Shown one piece after another: positions 18,703-27,397 of a stretch of DNA of 47,656 nucleotides. Every line of letters starts with the position of its first letter. Position 1 is the first letter of the stretch. A program made the translations under genes and the position numbers. The notes under the pieces were generated by a model. That model made no database searches and was not told the origin of the DNA. It saw nothing but the letters and a program-made list of their open reading frames with translations. Origin of the DNA: a virus. Its lineage: Duplodnaviria; Caudoviricetes. Location: positions 1 through 47,656 of IMG/VR virus record IMGVR_UViG_3300037419_001718. One strand, given 5' to 3'.

Positions 18703-18731
18703 TTGACGGCAGAACGGTTTGACGGCAAGAT
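18703..18731 (+). promoter_or_regulatory. Promoter overlapped by 8-bp-period boxes
   Basis: TTGACG-N17-CAAGAT; TGACGGCA-GAACGGTT-TGACGGCA. Confidence 0.6.
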
Positions 18732-18788
18732 TGTTTCCGGTTCGGCAAACCGCCGGGCCGCCCCCCGATCGAAAGGCACACGATCACG

Positions 18789-19193
18789 ATGACCAGCACC
18801 GAGCAGGCCGCCGCCACCAGCGCCAACCTGGACCAGTACAAGGCGCAGGTGCGCGAGCGGGCCCTCCGGGTCAAGCGCGACATGGGCTGGGACACCGCCC
18901 ACATGAACAAGACGCTCATCGCCCTCGGCATCGAGCCGGTGCACGAGTACAAGGTGTCGGTCCCGGTGACCATCCACACCACGTTCGACTTCGGCACCTA
19001 CGAGGTCGACACCCCGGAGGAGGCGTTCCTCCGGGCCTGCCGGGACCACGGCGTCTCCACGCCGGAGGAGTTCGTCGAGCGGGCCAAGAGCGGCTACCGG
19101 GTCGGCGGCAACTACTACCTGACCATCGCCGAGGGCACCGAGTTCGGCGAGATGGCCACCACGATCGTCGGCGTCCCGGCCGACGAGTCCTGA
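18789..19193 (+). CDS. Hypothetical protein, paralog family member 2
   Basis: AAAGGCACAC leader; YKAQVRERALRVKRDMGWDTAHMNKTLIALGI. Confidence 0.75.
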   Translation: MTSTEQAAATSANLDQYKAQVRERALRVKRDMGWDTAHMNKTLIALGIEPVHEYKVSVPVTIHTTFDFGTYEVDTPEEAFLRACRDHGVSTPEEFVERAKSGYRVGGNYYLTIAEGTEFGEMATTIVGVPADES

Positions 19194-19242
19194 CCCCGCC
19201 CCCATCCACCGCACCGCGACACAGGAAGCAGGCACACACGAG

Positions 19243-19869
19243 ATGACCATCACCGACACCGGCACCGAGGCCGCACCGGAGACCGTCGCCCCGCCGGTCG
19301 CCGAGGGCACCCAGGACGCCGCCGCCGAGCTGGCCGCGTTCAAGCGCCACCTGCGGGCCACCGCCATCCGGGTGGCCAAGGAGCGGAACTGGTGCGACCC
19401 GGGCCTCAACGAGGTCCTGTCCGACCTGGGCCTGCCCAGCAAGGGGGCGTTCACCGCCTTCGTGAAGGTCCGCACCTACACGGAGCGGTTCATCTCCGTC
19501 CCGATCCCCGAGGCCGAGTCCAACGACGAGATCGCGGAGTACCTCGACACCGAGCGCGTCCAGGAGGCGTACCGCACCACGGTCTCCCGGACCGGCACCG
19601 TCGCCTCCTGGGAGCCGCTGACCTGGCCCCGGTTCGACTTCCAGGTCGGCGACCAGGACCTGACGGTCCAGTCGCTGGCCGGGGCCCGGCGGACCATCGC
19701 CATGTGCGAGCGGCCCCACGACGGCTGGTACTGCACCCGGGAGCGGGGGCACGTCGGCAACCACGCCGCCGGTGACAGCGCCCGGATCGCCCACGTCTGG
19801 GACAACCGGCTGACCGGGGCGCAGCCCGCCGACGCCGAGCGCCCGGCGGACATCCGCTACGACAGCTGA
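19243..19869 (+). CDS. Hypothetical protein, paralog family member 3 with C-terminal Cys/His cluster
   Basis: AGGCACAC leader; NWCDPGLNEVLSDLGL; C-x7-C-x5-H-x3-H. Confidence 0.75.
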   Translation: MTITDTGTEAAPETVAPPVAEGTQDAAAELAAFKRHLRATAIRVAKERNWCDPGLNEVLSDLGLPSKGAFTAFVKVRTYTERFISVPIPEAESNDEIAEYLDTERVQEAYRTTVSRTGTVASWEPLTWPRFDFQVGDQDLTVQSLAGARRTIAMCERPHDGWYCTRERGHVGNHAAGDSARIAHVWDNRLTGAQPADAERPADIRYDS

Positions 19870-19876
19870 TCCACCA

Positions 19877-19907
19877 GCCCCGGCCCGGCTCGCTACCGGG
19901 CCGGGGC
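19877..19907 (+). terminator. GC-rich hairpin
   Basis: GCCCCGGCCCGG / CCGGGCCGGGGC. Confidence 0.6.
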
Positions 19908-19963
19908 GCGAACACGGCGCCGCCCGGTGCCGTGTCCACCCGAGGAATGAGGGGAACCATCCC

Positions 19964-20251
19964 ATGTCCAGCGTCAACGTCGAGAACGTCCGCCTGCACC
20001 TCGCCCCGCACGACGCGTCCCGCCACGCCCTGGTCATCTCCGACCGGGACAACGGCGAGGTCGCCCGGGTCATCGGCACCGTGCCCGAGCTGCGCCAGGC
20101 CGCGCAGTCCGGCCTGATGATGTCGATCCCGCCGCTGCCCCGGCCGACCGCCCCGGCGGCCAGCCCGGCGCCGCAGGCGGGCGGTGACGTCCAGGAGCAG
20201 ATCCTGGCCGCGCTCCACACGCTGATCGAGAAGGTCTCCGAGCTGGCCTGA
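19964..20251 (+). CDS. Hypothetical protein
   Basis: GAGGGG RBS, GC3-biased codons. Confidence 0.7.
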   Translation: MSSVNVENVRLHLAPHDASRHALVISDRDNGEVARVIGTVPELRQAAQSGLMMSIPPLPRPTAPAASPAPQAGGDVQEQILAALHTLIEKVSELA

Positions 20252-20350
20252 TCGAGAGCTGGCGCCCGCCGGACCCGGGAGGAACGGGCCCGGCGGGCTG
20301 CCACCGTCGATCAGACGGGGTCATCTACACACGAGGAGAAGGGGTCCACC

Positions 20351-21064
20351 ATGACCGAGAGCGTCACCATCCCCGACGGGCTGCCGGTGCTGGGCCACGG
20401 GGCGCACGAGGAGGGCCCGCAGTACGGGGCGTGCTTCATGGAGTACACCGCGCTGCTGGCGGGGCTGCCGTTCACCGACGGCCCGAACTGCACCGACGGC
20501 TGGATCGCCGGGCAGCTGATCGGCGTCAACGACCACGCCTCCGACGCCACCCGCAACCGCATGGCCAGCCTGCTCGGCCGGGCCATCGGCCTGGTCGCGC
20601 CGACCGGCGGCGACCCCTGGATCGACGTCGAGGTGGCCACCGAGTTCGAGGACGCGGTGCGGCAGCGGTACGTGGACCTGGTCGCCGAGCGGTACCACGT
20701 CAACGCCATCGCCCACCGCTACGACCGGGCCGACGGCGACAAGTCGGTCATGGTGCGGGACATCAGCGCGCTCGCCTGGCACCTGCTGCGCAACCGGTAC
20801 GCCGACGCCCCGGACCCCTCCGGCACGTGGGACTTCCACGAGGCGGCGGAGGACCTGGCCTCTGGAACCTTGGACGACGAGTACCACGCGCGCCTGGTCG
20901 AGATGCGGTCCTGGGAGGACCGCTGGATGGACGCCTGCCTCGACCTGGCGCTGGCCCTGCACGAGGCCGCCGAGCAGGAGATGGGCGAGCGGGCGTGGGA
21001 GAACCGGTGGACCCCGGTCACCACGCTCGACGAGGTCAAGGCGCTGGTGGGCACCCGTGGGTAG
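20351..21064 (+). CDS. Hypothetical protein with GACFMEY..LAG..FTD.P.C...VND N-terminal motif
   Basis: Strong RBS; motif recalled from an uncharacterised actinobacterial family. Confidence 0.75.
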   Translation: MTESVTIPDGLPVLGHGAHEEGPQYGACFMEYTALLAGLPFTDGPNCTDGWIAGQLIGVNDHASDATRNRMASLLGRAIGLVAPTGGDPWIDVEVATEFEDAVRQRYVDLVAERYHVNAIAHRYDRADGDKSVMVRDISALAWHLLRNRYADAPDPSGTWDFHEAAEDLASGTLDDEYHARLVEMRSWEDRWMDACLDLALALHEAAEQEMGERAWENRWTPVTTLDEVKALVGTRG

Positions 21065-21482
21065 GTACTTCGGCGACGTCGAGTCGGCCGAGCCGAGCCG
21101 CGACCTGGTCAGCGCCGACCAGCTCCGCTCCGAGATCGAGCAGATGCGGGCGGACATGAAGCGGGAGATCGAGGAGCGCAACCAGGCGCTCATCGACAAC
21201 CGCACCCGCCCGCCGCTGGCCTCGATGACCCGGCTGCAGAAGCGGTACTTCCTGGAGCCGTGGTGGACCGCCATCTGGGCCACCGGGTGGGGCACGGCGG
21301 CGGCGCTGTTCATGGCGTCGATCTGGCTGCCGTTCACGCTCAAGCTCGCCCTCACCGGGGTGGCCTGCTTCGTCGTCGGCGGGGTGGCGATGATCGCCAA
21401 GCTCACGCTGGCCGAGTGGAACGGCCGCACCGAGGGCGTGGTGACCCAGCAGAAGCCCCGGCGGGACTCCGACTTCTGGTGA
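21057..21482 (+). CDS. Membrane protein (2 predicted TM helices)
   Basis: Coiled coil followed by two hydrophobic stretches. Confidence 0.7.
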   Translation: MGRYFGDVESAEPSRDLVSADQLRSEIEQMRADMKREIEERNQALIDNRTRPPLASMTRLQKRYFLEPWWTAIWATGWGTAAALFMASIWLPFTLKLALTGVACFVVGGVAMIAKLTLAEWNGRTEGVVTQQKPRRDSDFW

Positions 21483-21503
21483 CCTGACCCCACATCGCAG
21501 ACC

Positions 21504-21540
21504 GCCCGGCCGCCCCGGTCCTCCTCCGGGGCGGCCGGGC
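21504..21540 (+). terminator. 15-bp stem hairpin
   Basis: GCCCGGCCGCCCCGG / CCGGGGCGGCCGGGC. Confidence 0.7.
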
Positions 21541-21579
21541 TTGACCCATTTCTGGTGCCGTCGTGCTATCCTGACGGTC
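21541..21579 (+). promoter_or_regulatory. Extended -10 promoter with adjacent TGACGGTC box
   Basis: TGcTATCCT at 21564-21572, TTGACC upstream (spacer 20, long), box at 21572-21579. Confidence 0.55.
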
Positions 21580-21613
21580 CAGTTCCACAACTGAACACAG
21601 AAAGAACACGCAC

Positions 21614-21862
21614 ATGAGGACACGCCTGCACCTCCGCCTCATCCCCTCGCCGCCCGGCCCGCTCGTGGCCGACGACATGGACGGGGACCTGGATTCGGTG
21701 CTGCACGACCTGGCCTGCGCCAAGGGCCTCATCACCGAGGCGCGCGAGGAGGCCCGGCACGTCCCGGCCAACACGCACGACCTCGACCTGCTGATCCAGG
21801 GCGCCGATGCCCTGGTCGACCAGGCGATCACCTGGGTTCACCAGAACAGGAGGGCGTCGTGA
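21614..21862 (+). CDS. Hypothetical protein
   Basis: AC-rich leader, helical ORF. Confidence 0.65.
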   Translation: MRTRLHLRLIPSPPGPLVADDMDGDLDSVLHDLACAKGLITEAREEARHVPANTHDLDLLIQGADALVDQAITWVHQNRRAS

Positions 21863-22101
21863 CCATGATGGCCAGGACCCCGAGCGTGCGGTTCAGTGAC
21901 ACCGACCCGCCGCCGCAGCGGCCGATCAAGACCACCGTGTACCTGCCGCCGGACCTGATGGCCCAGCTGGACGACCTGCGGTCCCGGCTGCGCCGCGAGG
22001 GGCACCGGTCCGCCAGCCAGAACGGCCTCGTCCAGGCGGCCATCGAGCTGGCTGGCACCGACACCGAGCGGTGGCTGGAGCAGGCGAGGAGGGCGTCGTA
22101 G
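21859..22101 (+). CDS. Ribbon-helix-helix DNA-binding protein
   Basis: IKTTVYLPPDLMAQLDDL...SASQNGLVQAAIELA fits the RHH strand-helix-helix pattern. Confidence 0.75.
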   Translation: MTMMARTPSVRFSDTDPPPQRPIKTTVYLPPDLMAQLDDLRSRLRREGHRSASQNGLVQAAIELAGTDTERWLEQARRAS

Positions 22102-22103
22102 CC

Positions 22104-22433
22104 ATGCGGGTGAAGCGCCGGGCCGCCGTCGTGCGGGGCACACCCCGGCAGCGCATGAAGGACAAGCTGGACGAGCGGACCTCGGTCGTCGCCCGGCGCA
22201 AGGACGACGTGCTCCAGCTGCTCCGGGACGAGGGCTCGATGACCCGGCACGAGATCGCCGACCGGCTGGGCTGGCCGTGGCTCGTGCAGTCGCCGGGCAC
22301 CCTCGACCCGCTGCGGCTGCTCTACGACGAGGGCAAGGTGGACAAGGTGCGGATCGCCCGGGACGGGCCCGGCGCCGAGATCCTGTACGTGCCCGACCCG
22401 CCGCTGGAGGACCTGCTGCGGAGGGACACGTGA
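22104..22433 (+). CDS. Winged-helix DNA-binding protein
   Basis: VLQLLRDEGSMTRHEIADRLG...LRLLYDEGKV. Confidence 0.7.
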   Translation: MRVKRRAAVVRGTPRQRMKDKLDERTSVVARRKDDVLQLLRDEGSMTRHEIADRLGWPWLVQSPGTLDPLRLLYDEGKVDKVRIARDGPGAEILYVPDPPLEDLLRRDT

Positions 22434-22609
22434 GGATCTGGCTGGAGTACGGCGGCGCGAACAACGGCGGTGACCGGCCGACCCATGTGATGGGGTCGGC
22501 CGACGCCGTCCGCCACGCTGGCATGGCGGTCCGCTGGGTCCGCTGGGTGTACCGGGACGGCCCCGGCCCGGCCGGGCTGCACGTCGGCCCGTGGGAGTCG
22601 ATCCAATGA
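22430..22609 (+). CDS. Hypothetical protein
   Basis: GTGA/ATGA coupling on both sides. Confidence 0.5.
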   Translation: MRIWLEYGGANNGGDRPTHVMGSADAVRHAGMAVRWVRWVYRDGPGPAGLHVGPWESIQ

Positions 22610-23103
22610 CCGACCGCGCGCTCGACGAGGCCGACGAGCAGGAGGCCGCCCAGCGGTACCGCATGGGCTGGTCCACCCACAGGCTGGCCCGCCACTTCGA
22701 CACCACCGACATGTCGATCCGCCGCACGCTCGACCGCATGGGGGTCGAGCGGCGGCCACCCGGCAGCAGGCGGGACGACATCGACGACGACGAGATCGTC
22801 CGGCTGCGCGACGAGGACGGCCTGTCCTGGCCGCAGATCGCCGTCAAGACCGGGCTGCCCCGGATGACGTGCGTGGACCACTACGCGCGGGCGAAGTGGC
22901 CGGACCGGCCGGACCCGATGGCCCGGCCCGCGAAGGAGGACACCGAGCGGTGGCTGGAGGCGACCCGCGAGGGGCGCATCCCGATCCGGCCCGCCTCAAC
23001 GGTGCGGCCTGACGGCCCGACGCCGTGCGGGTGCTCCGGGCACCACCTGTCCGGCGTCCGCCACCCGACCCCGTGCTGCGAGGTCCCGCACGTGGACGAG
23101 TAG
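22606..23103 (+). CDS. Tandem HTH DNA-binding protein
   Basis: YRMGWSTHRLARHFDTTDMSIRRTL and LRDEDGLSWPQIAVKTG; C-terminal Cys/His cluster. Confidence 0.75.
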   Translation: MTDRALDEADEQEAAQRYRMGWSTHRLARHFDTTDMSIRRTLDRMGVERRPPGSRRDDIDDDEIVRLRDEDGLSWPQIAVKTGLPRMTCVDHYARAKWPDRPDPMARPAKEDTERWLEATREGRIPIRPASTVRPDGPTPCGCSGHHLSGVRHPTPCCEVPHVDE

Positions 23104-23120
23104 GCAGAACTTCACAAGAT

Positions 23121-23163
23121 CGACGAAACCCCGTCGCCCCAGGTGGGCGGCGGGGTTTCGTCG
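23121..23163 (+). terminator. Long hairpin terminator (possibly bidirectional)
   Basis: CGACGAAACCCCGTCGCCC / GGGCGGCGGGGTTTCGTCG. Confidence 0.75.
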
Positions 23164-23256
23164 TCTCTAGCAACAGTTGATGAAACTCACCGTACGTGTA
23201 ACTCCAGTCACACGGTGTCTTCCGTTTTGTCAGCAGCGTGTGATGGAGTCATCGCT

Positions 23257-23562
23257 GTGAGTGAGACCCCGCTGGAGATCGACGAGTACCTCGCCGCCCT
23301 CTCCCTGCCGAACGAGGCCGGTGACCTGCGCCCCCCGGCGCACGTGTACTCGACCGACGGCGCCGGGCTCTACCGGATCGGCGCCGACTACTACCTGCTC
23401 GTCCAGTGCATCAACTGCGACGAGCACCGGGGCTTCGACTACCTGCGGAAGGTGATGCCCGAGGACTGGATCGCGTTCCACACCGACCAGAACACCGAGG
23501 ACGGCTACCGGGTCACGCACTTCGGCCCGGACTACGACGGGGTGGCCACCGATGCTGAGTGA
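23257..23562 (+). CDS. Hypothetical protein (CxxC)
   Basis: GGAG RBS before GTG 23257. Confidence 0.65.
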   Translation: MSETPLEIDEYLAALSLPNEAGDLRPPAHVYSTDGAGLYRIGADYYLLVQCINCDEHRGFDYLRKVMPEDWIAFHTDQNTEDGYRVTHFGPDYDGVATDAE

Positions 23563-23701
23563 GCTGGGGCTGCCCGTGCTGCGCTGGCTGCGGCGTGACG
23601 TCGTGCCGGAAGCCCGGCGGCAGATCGACCGGTTCGACCACTACCTCGCCCGGTGGGAGCACCTGCTCTACGAGGAGCTGTACCGGACGTGGCCCGCATG
23701 A
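23552..23701 (+). CDS. Small hypothetical protein, 49 aa
   Basis: Fills the gap and ends in an ATGA overlap with the nuclease gene. Confidence 0.4.
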   Translation: MLSELGLPVLRWLRRDVVPEARRQIDRFDHYLARWEHLLYEELYRTWPA

Positions 23702-24519
23702 CCGAGACCGTGCGCAAGACCCGCAGCTACACCCAGATCGACACGTACAAGCGGTGCCCCGAGCTGTACCGGATCAAGTACGTGCTGCGCCTCCGCGAGG
23801 AGCCCAGCGTGTGGTCCGTCGGCGGCGTCGCCTTCCACCAGGTCGCCGAGTGGTACCTCGGCGGCGACCTGGGCGAGCACCCGGAGGGCACCAGGATCAC
23901 CAACGCCTGGGAGACCGCCTGGGAGCTGGCCCTCGACGAGGCGAAGAAGAAGCTGGGGCCCGAGCACTCCGAGGACGTCACCACCTGGCGGGCCGCCAAC
24001 CGTGGCAAGGAGGACGCGTCGTGGTGGTACCGGGCGGGCCGCCGGATGGTGGCCGAGTTCATCGACTGGAAGTCGGAGGGCCCCGGCCGGGATCTCACCG
24101 TGTTCAGCGAGGGCGACCGCAAGTTCCTGGAGGCCGAGCTTCGCGTGGAGTTCGGTGCGGATGTTCCCGTCGTTGCGGTCCCCGACTGGCTGGCGGTCGA
24201 CGAGCACGGCCAGCTGTGCATCGTCGACTACAAGACCGGCAAGCCGCCCCGGCAGTCCTATCAGCTGGGCGTCTACCGCGCCGCCCTGTTGCGGGCCACC
24301 GGCCTCGACGCCCAGTGGGGCCTGTACTACATGGCCCGCGACGTCCGGCTCATCCCCGCTGACCTGACCCGGTACGACCCGGCGGCCATCGAGGCCGACT
24401 TCACCGAGATCGACGCCCGGATCAACGCCGGAGAGTTCGACCCGACCCCCGGCGAGCCCTGCAAGTTCTGCCCGTTCAAGCGGACCGCGTGCCGCTACTA
24501 CAACCCGGAGGTCTCGTGA
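23698..24519 (+). CDS. Cas4/RecB-like PD-(D/E)XK exonuclease
   Basis: SYTQIDTYKRCP, PDWL..IVDYKTGK..QLGVY, C-terminal CKFCPFKRTAC (four-Cys Fe-S pattern). Confidence 0.9.
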   Translation: MTETVRKTRSYTQIDTYKRCPELYRIKYVLRLREEPSVWSVGGVAFHQVAEWYLGGDLGEHPEGTRITNAWETAWELALDEAKKKLGPEHSEDVTTWRAANRGKEDASWWYRAGRRMVAEFIDWKSEGPGRDLTVFSEGDRKFLEAELRVEFGADVPVVAVPDWLAVDEHGQLCIVDYKTGKPPRQSYQLGVYRAALLRATGLDAQWGLYYMARDVRLIPADLTRYDPAAIEADFTEIDARINAGEFDPTPGEPCKFCPFKRTACRYYNPEVS

Positions 24520-24953
24520 CCACGAAGTTCCAGATCAGCGACAAGCGGGGCGACGCGATCCTGCTCGTCTCCGTGGAGGTCCCCGACGGCACCGACCCGG
24601 CGCTGCTCGGCGTGTTCGAGGAGCAGTTCGCCGCCGCCGTCGGCCTGGTCGGCCTCGGCGCCAGCTATGAGGCGTTCGGGGTGGCCGCCCCGGCCACCGT
24701 GCCGCAGGCCACGCAGGTGACCCGGCCCGCCCCGGCGTACCACGAGCCGTCCGACCCGCCCGGCTGGGGCCAGCCGCCGGTGCCGCCCATGCAGCAGCCG
24801 CAGTCTCAGCCCCCGGCCGCCGCCAGGCCGTCGTGCCAGCACGGTCCCAAGGAGTACCGCCACGGCACCACCAACGGCCGGGACTGGGCCTTCTGGGGCT
24901 GCGTCGCCCGGCAGGGCGACCCCACCAAGTGCGAGAAGGAGTGGGTCCGCTGA
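24516..24953 (+). CDS. Replication-module protein with C-terminal Cys/His finger
   Basis: Pro/Gln linker then CQHG...WAFWGC...CEKEW; sits between exonuclease and helicase. Confidence 0.7.
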   Translation: MTTKFQISDKRGDAILLVSVEVPDGTDPALLGVFEEQFAAAVGLVGLGASYEAFGVAAPATVPQATQVTRPAPAYHEPSDPPGWGQPPVPPMQQPQSQPPAAARPSCQHGPKEYRHGTTNGRDWAFWGCVARQGDPTKCEKEWVR

Positions 24954-25213
24954 GCGCCACCGTCAAGGACCTCGGCCTGGTCGACCTCGCCACCCTGCTG
25001 TCGCTCTCGGCCACGTTCACCGTCGCCGAGGACGCCATCGAGAACTGGTCGGAGGTGGAGTTCGACGACGCCGAGATCAACATGATCGCCGAGCTGCCCA
25101 CCGAGACGCGGCTGCACATCACCGCCCGCCTCGTCCACCTCGCCGAGCTGGCCCGGGAGTCGCTGCGCCAGCTCGACGGCCGGGTGCTCCAGCTGCAGGG
25201 GGTCGGTAGCTAG
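24941..25213 (+). CDS. Hypothetical protein (start uncertain)
   Basis: Open frame with GC3 bias ending one base before the helicase ATG. Confidence 0.5.
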   Translation: MGPLSATVKDLGLVDLATLLSLSATFTVAEDAIENWSEVEFDDAEINMIAELPTETRLHITARLVHLAELARESLRQLDGRVLQLQGVGS

Positions 25214-25996
25214 ATGCTCACCATCGACCGGGTGATCCGCCGTGGGGCGGGCGAACGTCACGCCATCGAGATGCCGTTCACCGGGCTCAACCGCCTCGGC
25301 TTCGGCCTGGCCTCCGGCCAGCTCGGCATGGTCGTCGCCGCCCCCGGCCTCGGGAAGTCCAGCTTCGCCATGCACCTCGCCCTGGCGAGCGGCCTGCCGA
25401 CGCTGTACGTCTCGCCGGACACGGACGCCTGGACGATGACCGTGCGGGTGCTGGCCAACCTCTCCGGCCACCCGCAGACGTACGTGACTCAGTGCCTTGG
25501 CCAGGCTGAGTACGTCGAGCAGGCGGGGCTGGACGTGGCCATGCACCTCTCGGAGCACGTCCAGTTCTCCTTCGACACCTACAGCACCCGCGACATCAAG
25601 GACGACGTCCTGGCCTACGGCGTCGTGCACGGCTCGTACCCGGAGCTGATCGTCGTGGACAACCTGCGCAACGTGGCGCAGGGCGACAACGAGCGGGACG
25701 GCCAGACCCGCGCGATCGAGGAACTGCACGCCCTGTCCCAGATGACCGGCGCGCACGTCCTCGTCCTGCACCACGCCACCGGTCAGTACGACGACGGCGA
25801 CCGCACCATCCCGCTCTCGGGGGTGGAGCAGAAGCTCAGCAAGCTCCCGGCCCAGATCCTCTCGCTCCACGCGAAGGACGCCGACGTGTTCGCGTGCGTC
25901 ATCAAGAACCGCCAGGGCCGGGCGGACCCCTCGGGCCGGATGCAGGTCCGGCTTCGCTTCGACAAGGAGCGCATGCGCTTCTCGGACTACGAGTGA
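25214..25996 (+). CDS. DnaB-like (SF4) helicase, ATPase domain only
   Basis: Walker A AAPGLGKS, Walker B LIVVDNL, LVLHH, KNRQG arginine finger. Confidence 0.9.
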   Translation: MLTIDRVIRRGAGERHAIEMPFTGLNRLGFGLASGQLGMVVAAPGLGKSSFAMHLALASGLPTLYVSPDTDAWTMTVRVLANLSGHPQTYVTQCLGQAEYVEQAGLDVAMHLSEHVQFSFDTYSTRDIKDDVLAYGVVHGSYPELIVVDNLRNVAQGDNERDGQTRAIEELHALSQMTGAHVLVLHHATGQYDDGDRTIPLSGVEQKLSKLPAQILSLHAKDADVFACVIKNRQGRADPSGRMQVRLRFDKERMRFSDYE

Positions 25997-26382
25997 TGGC
26001 GACGAGGGCGAAGGCCACGCCGGAGCAGGCGGACCGCGTGCGCGAGGGCTACCTCGCCGGGCTGTCCAGCTACCGGCTGGGTGAGGAGTTGGGGCGCTCG
26101 AACAGCTGGGTGCTCTCTGTGTTGCGGCAGCTCGATGTGCCGCGTCGTCGGACCGGTGAGCAGCCGGGACGACGAGAGCCCGTCGTCGGCTACGACGCCC
26201 ACCACTGGCGCGTCGAGCAGGTGTACGGGAAGCCCCAGGAGTGCTGGAAGTGCGGGACCACCGAGGACCGGCGCTACGAGTGGGCGAACCTGACCGGCCA
26301 CTACGAGGACGTGCAGGACTACGCGCGGATGTGCGTGCCCTGCCACAGGAACTACGACTTCGCACGGAGGAAGAACCAGTGA
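25996..26382 (+). CDS. HTH plus HNH-like Zn-binding endonuclease
   Basis: YLAGLSSYRLGEELG; CWKC...EWAN...CVPCH. Confidence 0.7.
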   Translation: MATRAKATPEQADRVREGYLAGLSSYRLGEELGRSNSWVLSVLRQLDVPRRRTGEQPGRREPVVGYDAHHWRVEQVYGKPQECWKCGTTEDRRYEWANLTGHYEDVQDYARMCVPCHRNYDFARRKNQ

Positions 26383-26615
26383 CTACGAGTGACCTGTTCG
26401 GCCGTCACGGTCGGGCGCAGAAGAAGGCTGACCGCGCCACCAAGGCCTTCTCCAAGGCGGCGGACCTGCTGCTCCAGGTGGCCGAGCGCCACCGGTCGAC
26501 GGCGGACGAGGCGTACCAGCAGTCGACCGTGCTCGGCGCCCTGGCGGCCGACGCCACCCGGGCGGCGGTCAACGCCGAGACCAAGGCCGAGAAGATCCGG
26601 GAGCTGTTCTCGTGA
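26379..26615 (+). CDS. Helical hypothetical protein
   Basis: GTGA coupling, GGAGG RBS. Confidence 0.6.
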   Translation: MTTSDLFGRHGRAQKKADRATKAFSKAADLLLQVAERHRSTADEAYQQSTVLGALAADATRAAVNAETKAEKIRELFS

Positions 26616-26788
26616 GCGACCACGTCTCCTACCACTGGGTGAGGCTGTCCGACGCGCAGCTGGCGAACATCCTCGACGGCCCGGATGAGGAGGCCGTGTT
26701 CGAGGGGCCCGACTCCCCCGAGGACGCGCTGCTCGACTGGATCGACAGCGTCATCGAGGACATCGAGGGCGGCCTGGAGACGGCGTGA
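26612..26788 (+). CDS. Small acidic hypothetical protein
   Basis: GTGA coupling both ends. Confidence 0.55.
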   Translation: MSDHVSYHWVRLSDAQLANILDGPDEEAVFEGPDSPEDALLDWIDSVIEDIEGGLETA

Positions 26789-27057
26789 GGCAGCTGATGC
26801 GGGTCAAGGCGTACCCGCCGCCGACCATGCGGGCGCTGGAGGCGGTGCGCCGGGCCACGGTCTCGGTCAGGACCGAGCACCCGAAGCCGGACTTCCAGTA
26901 CCTCGGCGTCAGCCCGGACTTCCGGTACCGCCTGGTCACCGACCTGAACGACGGCCGGTACTTCACGGGCGCGAACGTCACCGAAGTGCTCGGCATCCCG
27001 GTGTACCTCGACGTCGATCTGGTCGACGCCGCGTTCGAGCTGGTCTGGCTGCGGTGA
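26785..27057 (+). CDS. Hypothetical protein
   Basis: GTGA coupling both ends. Confidence 0.6.
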   Translation: MRQLMRVKAYPPPTMRALEAVRRATVSVRTEHPKPDFQYLGVSPDFRYRLVTDLNDGRYFTGANVTEVLGIPVYLDVDLVDAAFELVWLR

Positions 27058-27392
27058 CGAACAAGGGCAAGGGCACGGCGTTCGAGACGCTGATCTTGGG
27101 CCCGGCCCGCGCCTACTACCCGGACGCCATCAGGGCGCCGCTGTCCGGCACCAAGGACATCGGTGACCTGTGGCTCCCCGGAGAGCGCCGGTTCGTCGTC
27201 GAGGCCAAGCATCACACCCGCCTCGACCTGGCCGGATGGGCGGCCGAGGCGGAGCGCGAGGCGCGCAACAAGGGCGTGCCGTTCTGGGTGATCCCGCACA
27301 AGCGGGTCGGCAAGGGGAAGGGGGAGGACCAGTGGCTGACGACGACGTGGGGCCAGTTCCTGGCGCTGGCGAACGATCACTTCACGTCCTGA
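27054..27392 (+). CDS. Holliday junction resolvase (Hjc-like PD-(D/E)XK)
   Basis: NKGKGTAFE...DIGDL...VVEAK...EAEREARN...HKR. Confidence 0.85.
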   Translation: MTNKGKGTAFETLILGPARAYYPDAIRAPLSGTKDIGDLWLPGERRFVVEAKHHTRLDLAGWAAEAEREARNKGVPFWVIPHKRVGKGKGEDQWLTTTWGQFLALANDHFTS

Positions 27393-27397
27393 CCGAC

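Noticed and set aside
14451-21540. Integron-like cassette array served by the tyrosine recombinase
   Set aside because: Hairpins are unrelated in sequence, lack attC RYYYAAC/GTTRRRY ends and look like ordinary terminators
23698-24519. CRISPR-Cas system suggested by the Cas4-like nuclease
   Set aside because: No repeat-spacer array or other cas genes; solo Cas4/RecB-like nucleases are routine in phage replication modules
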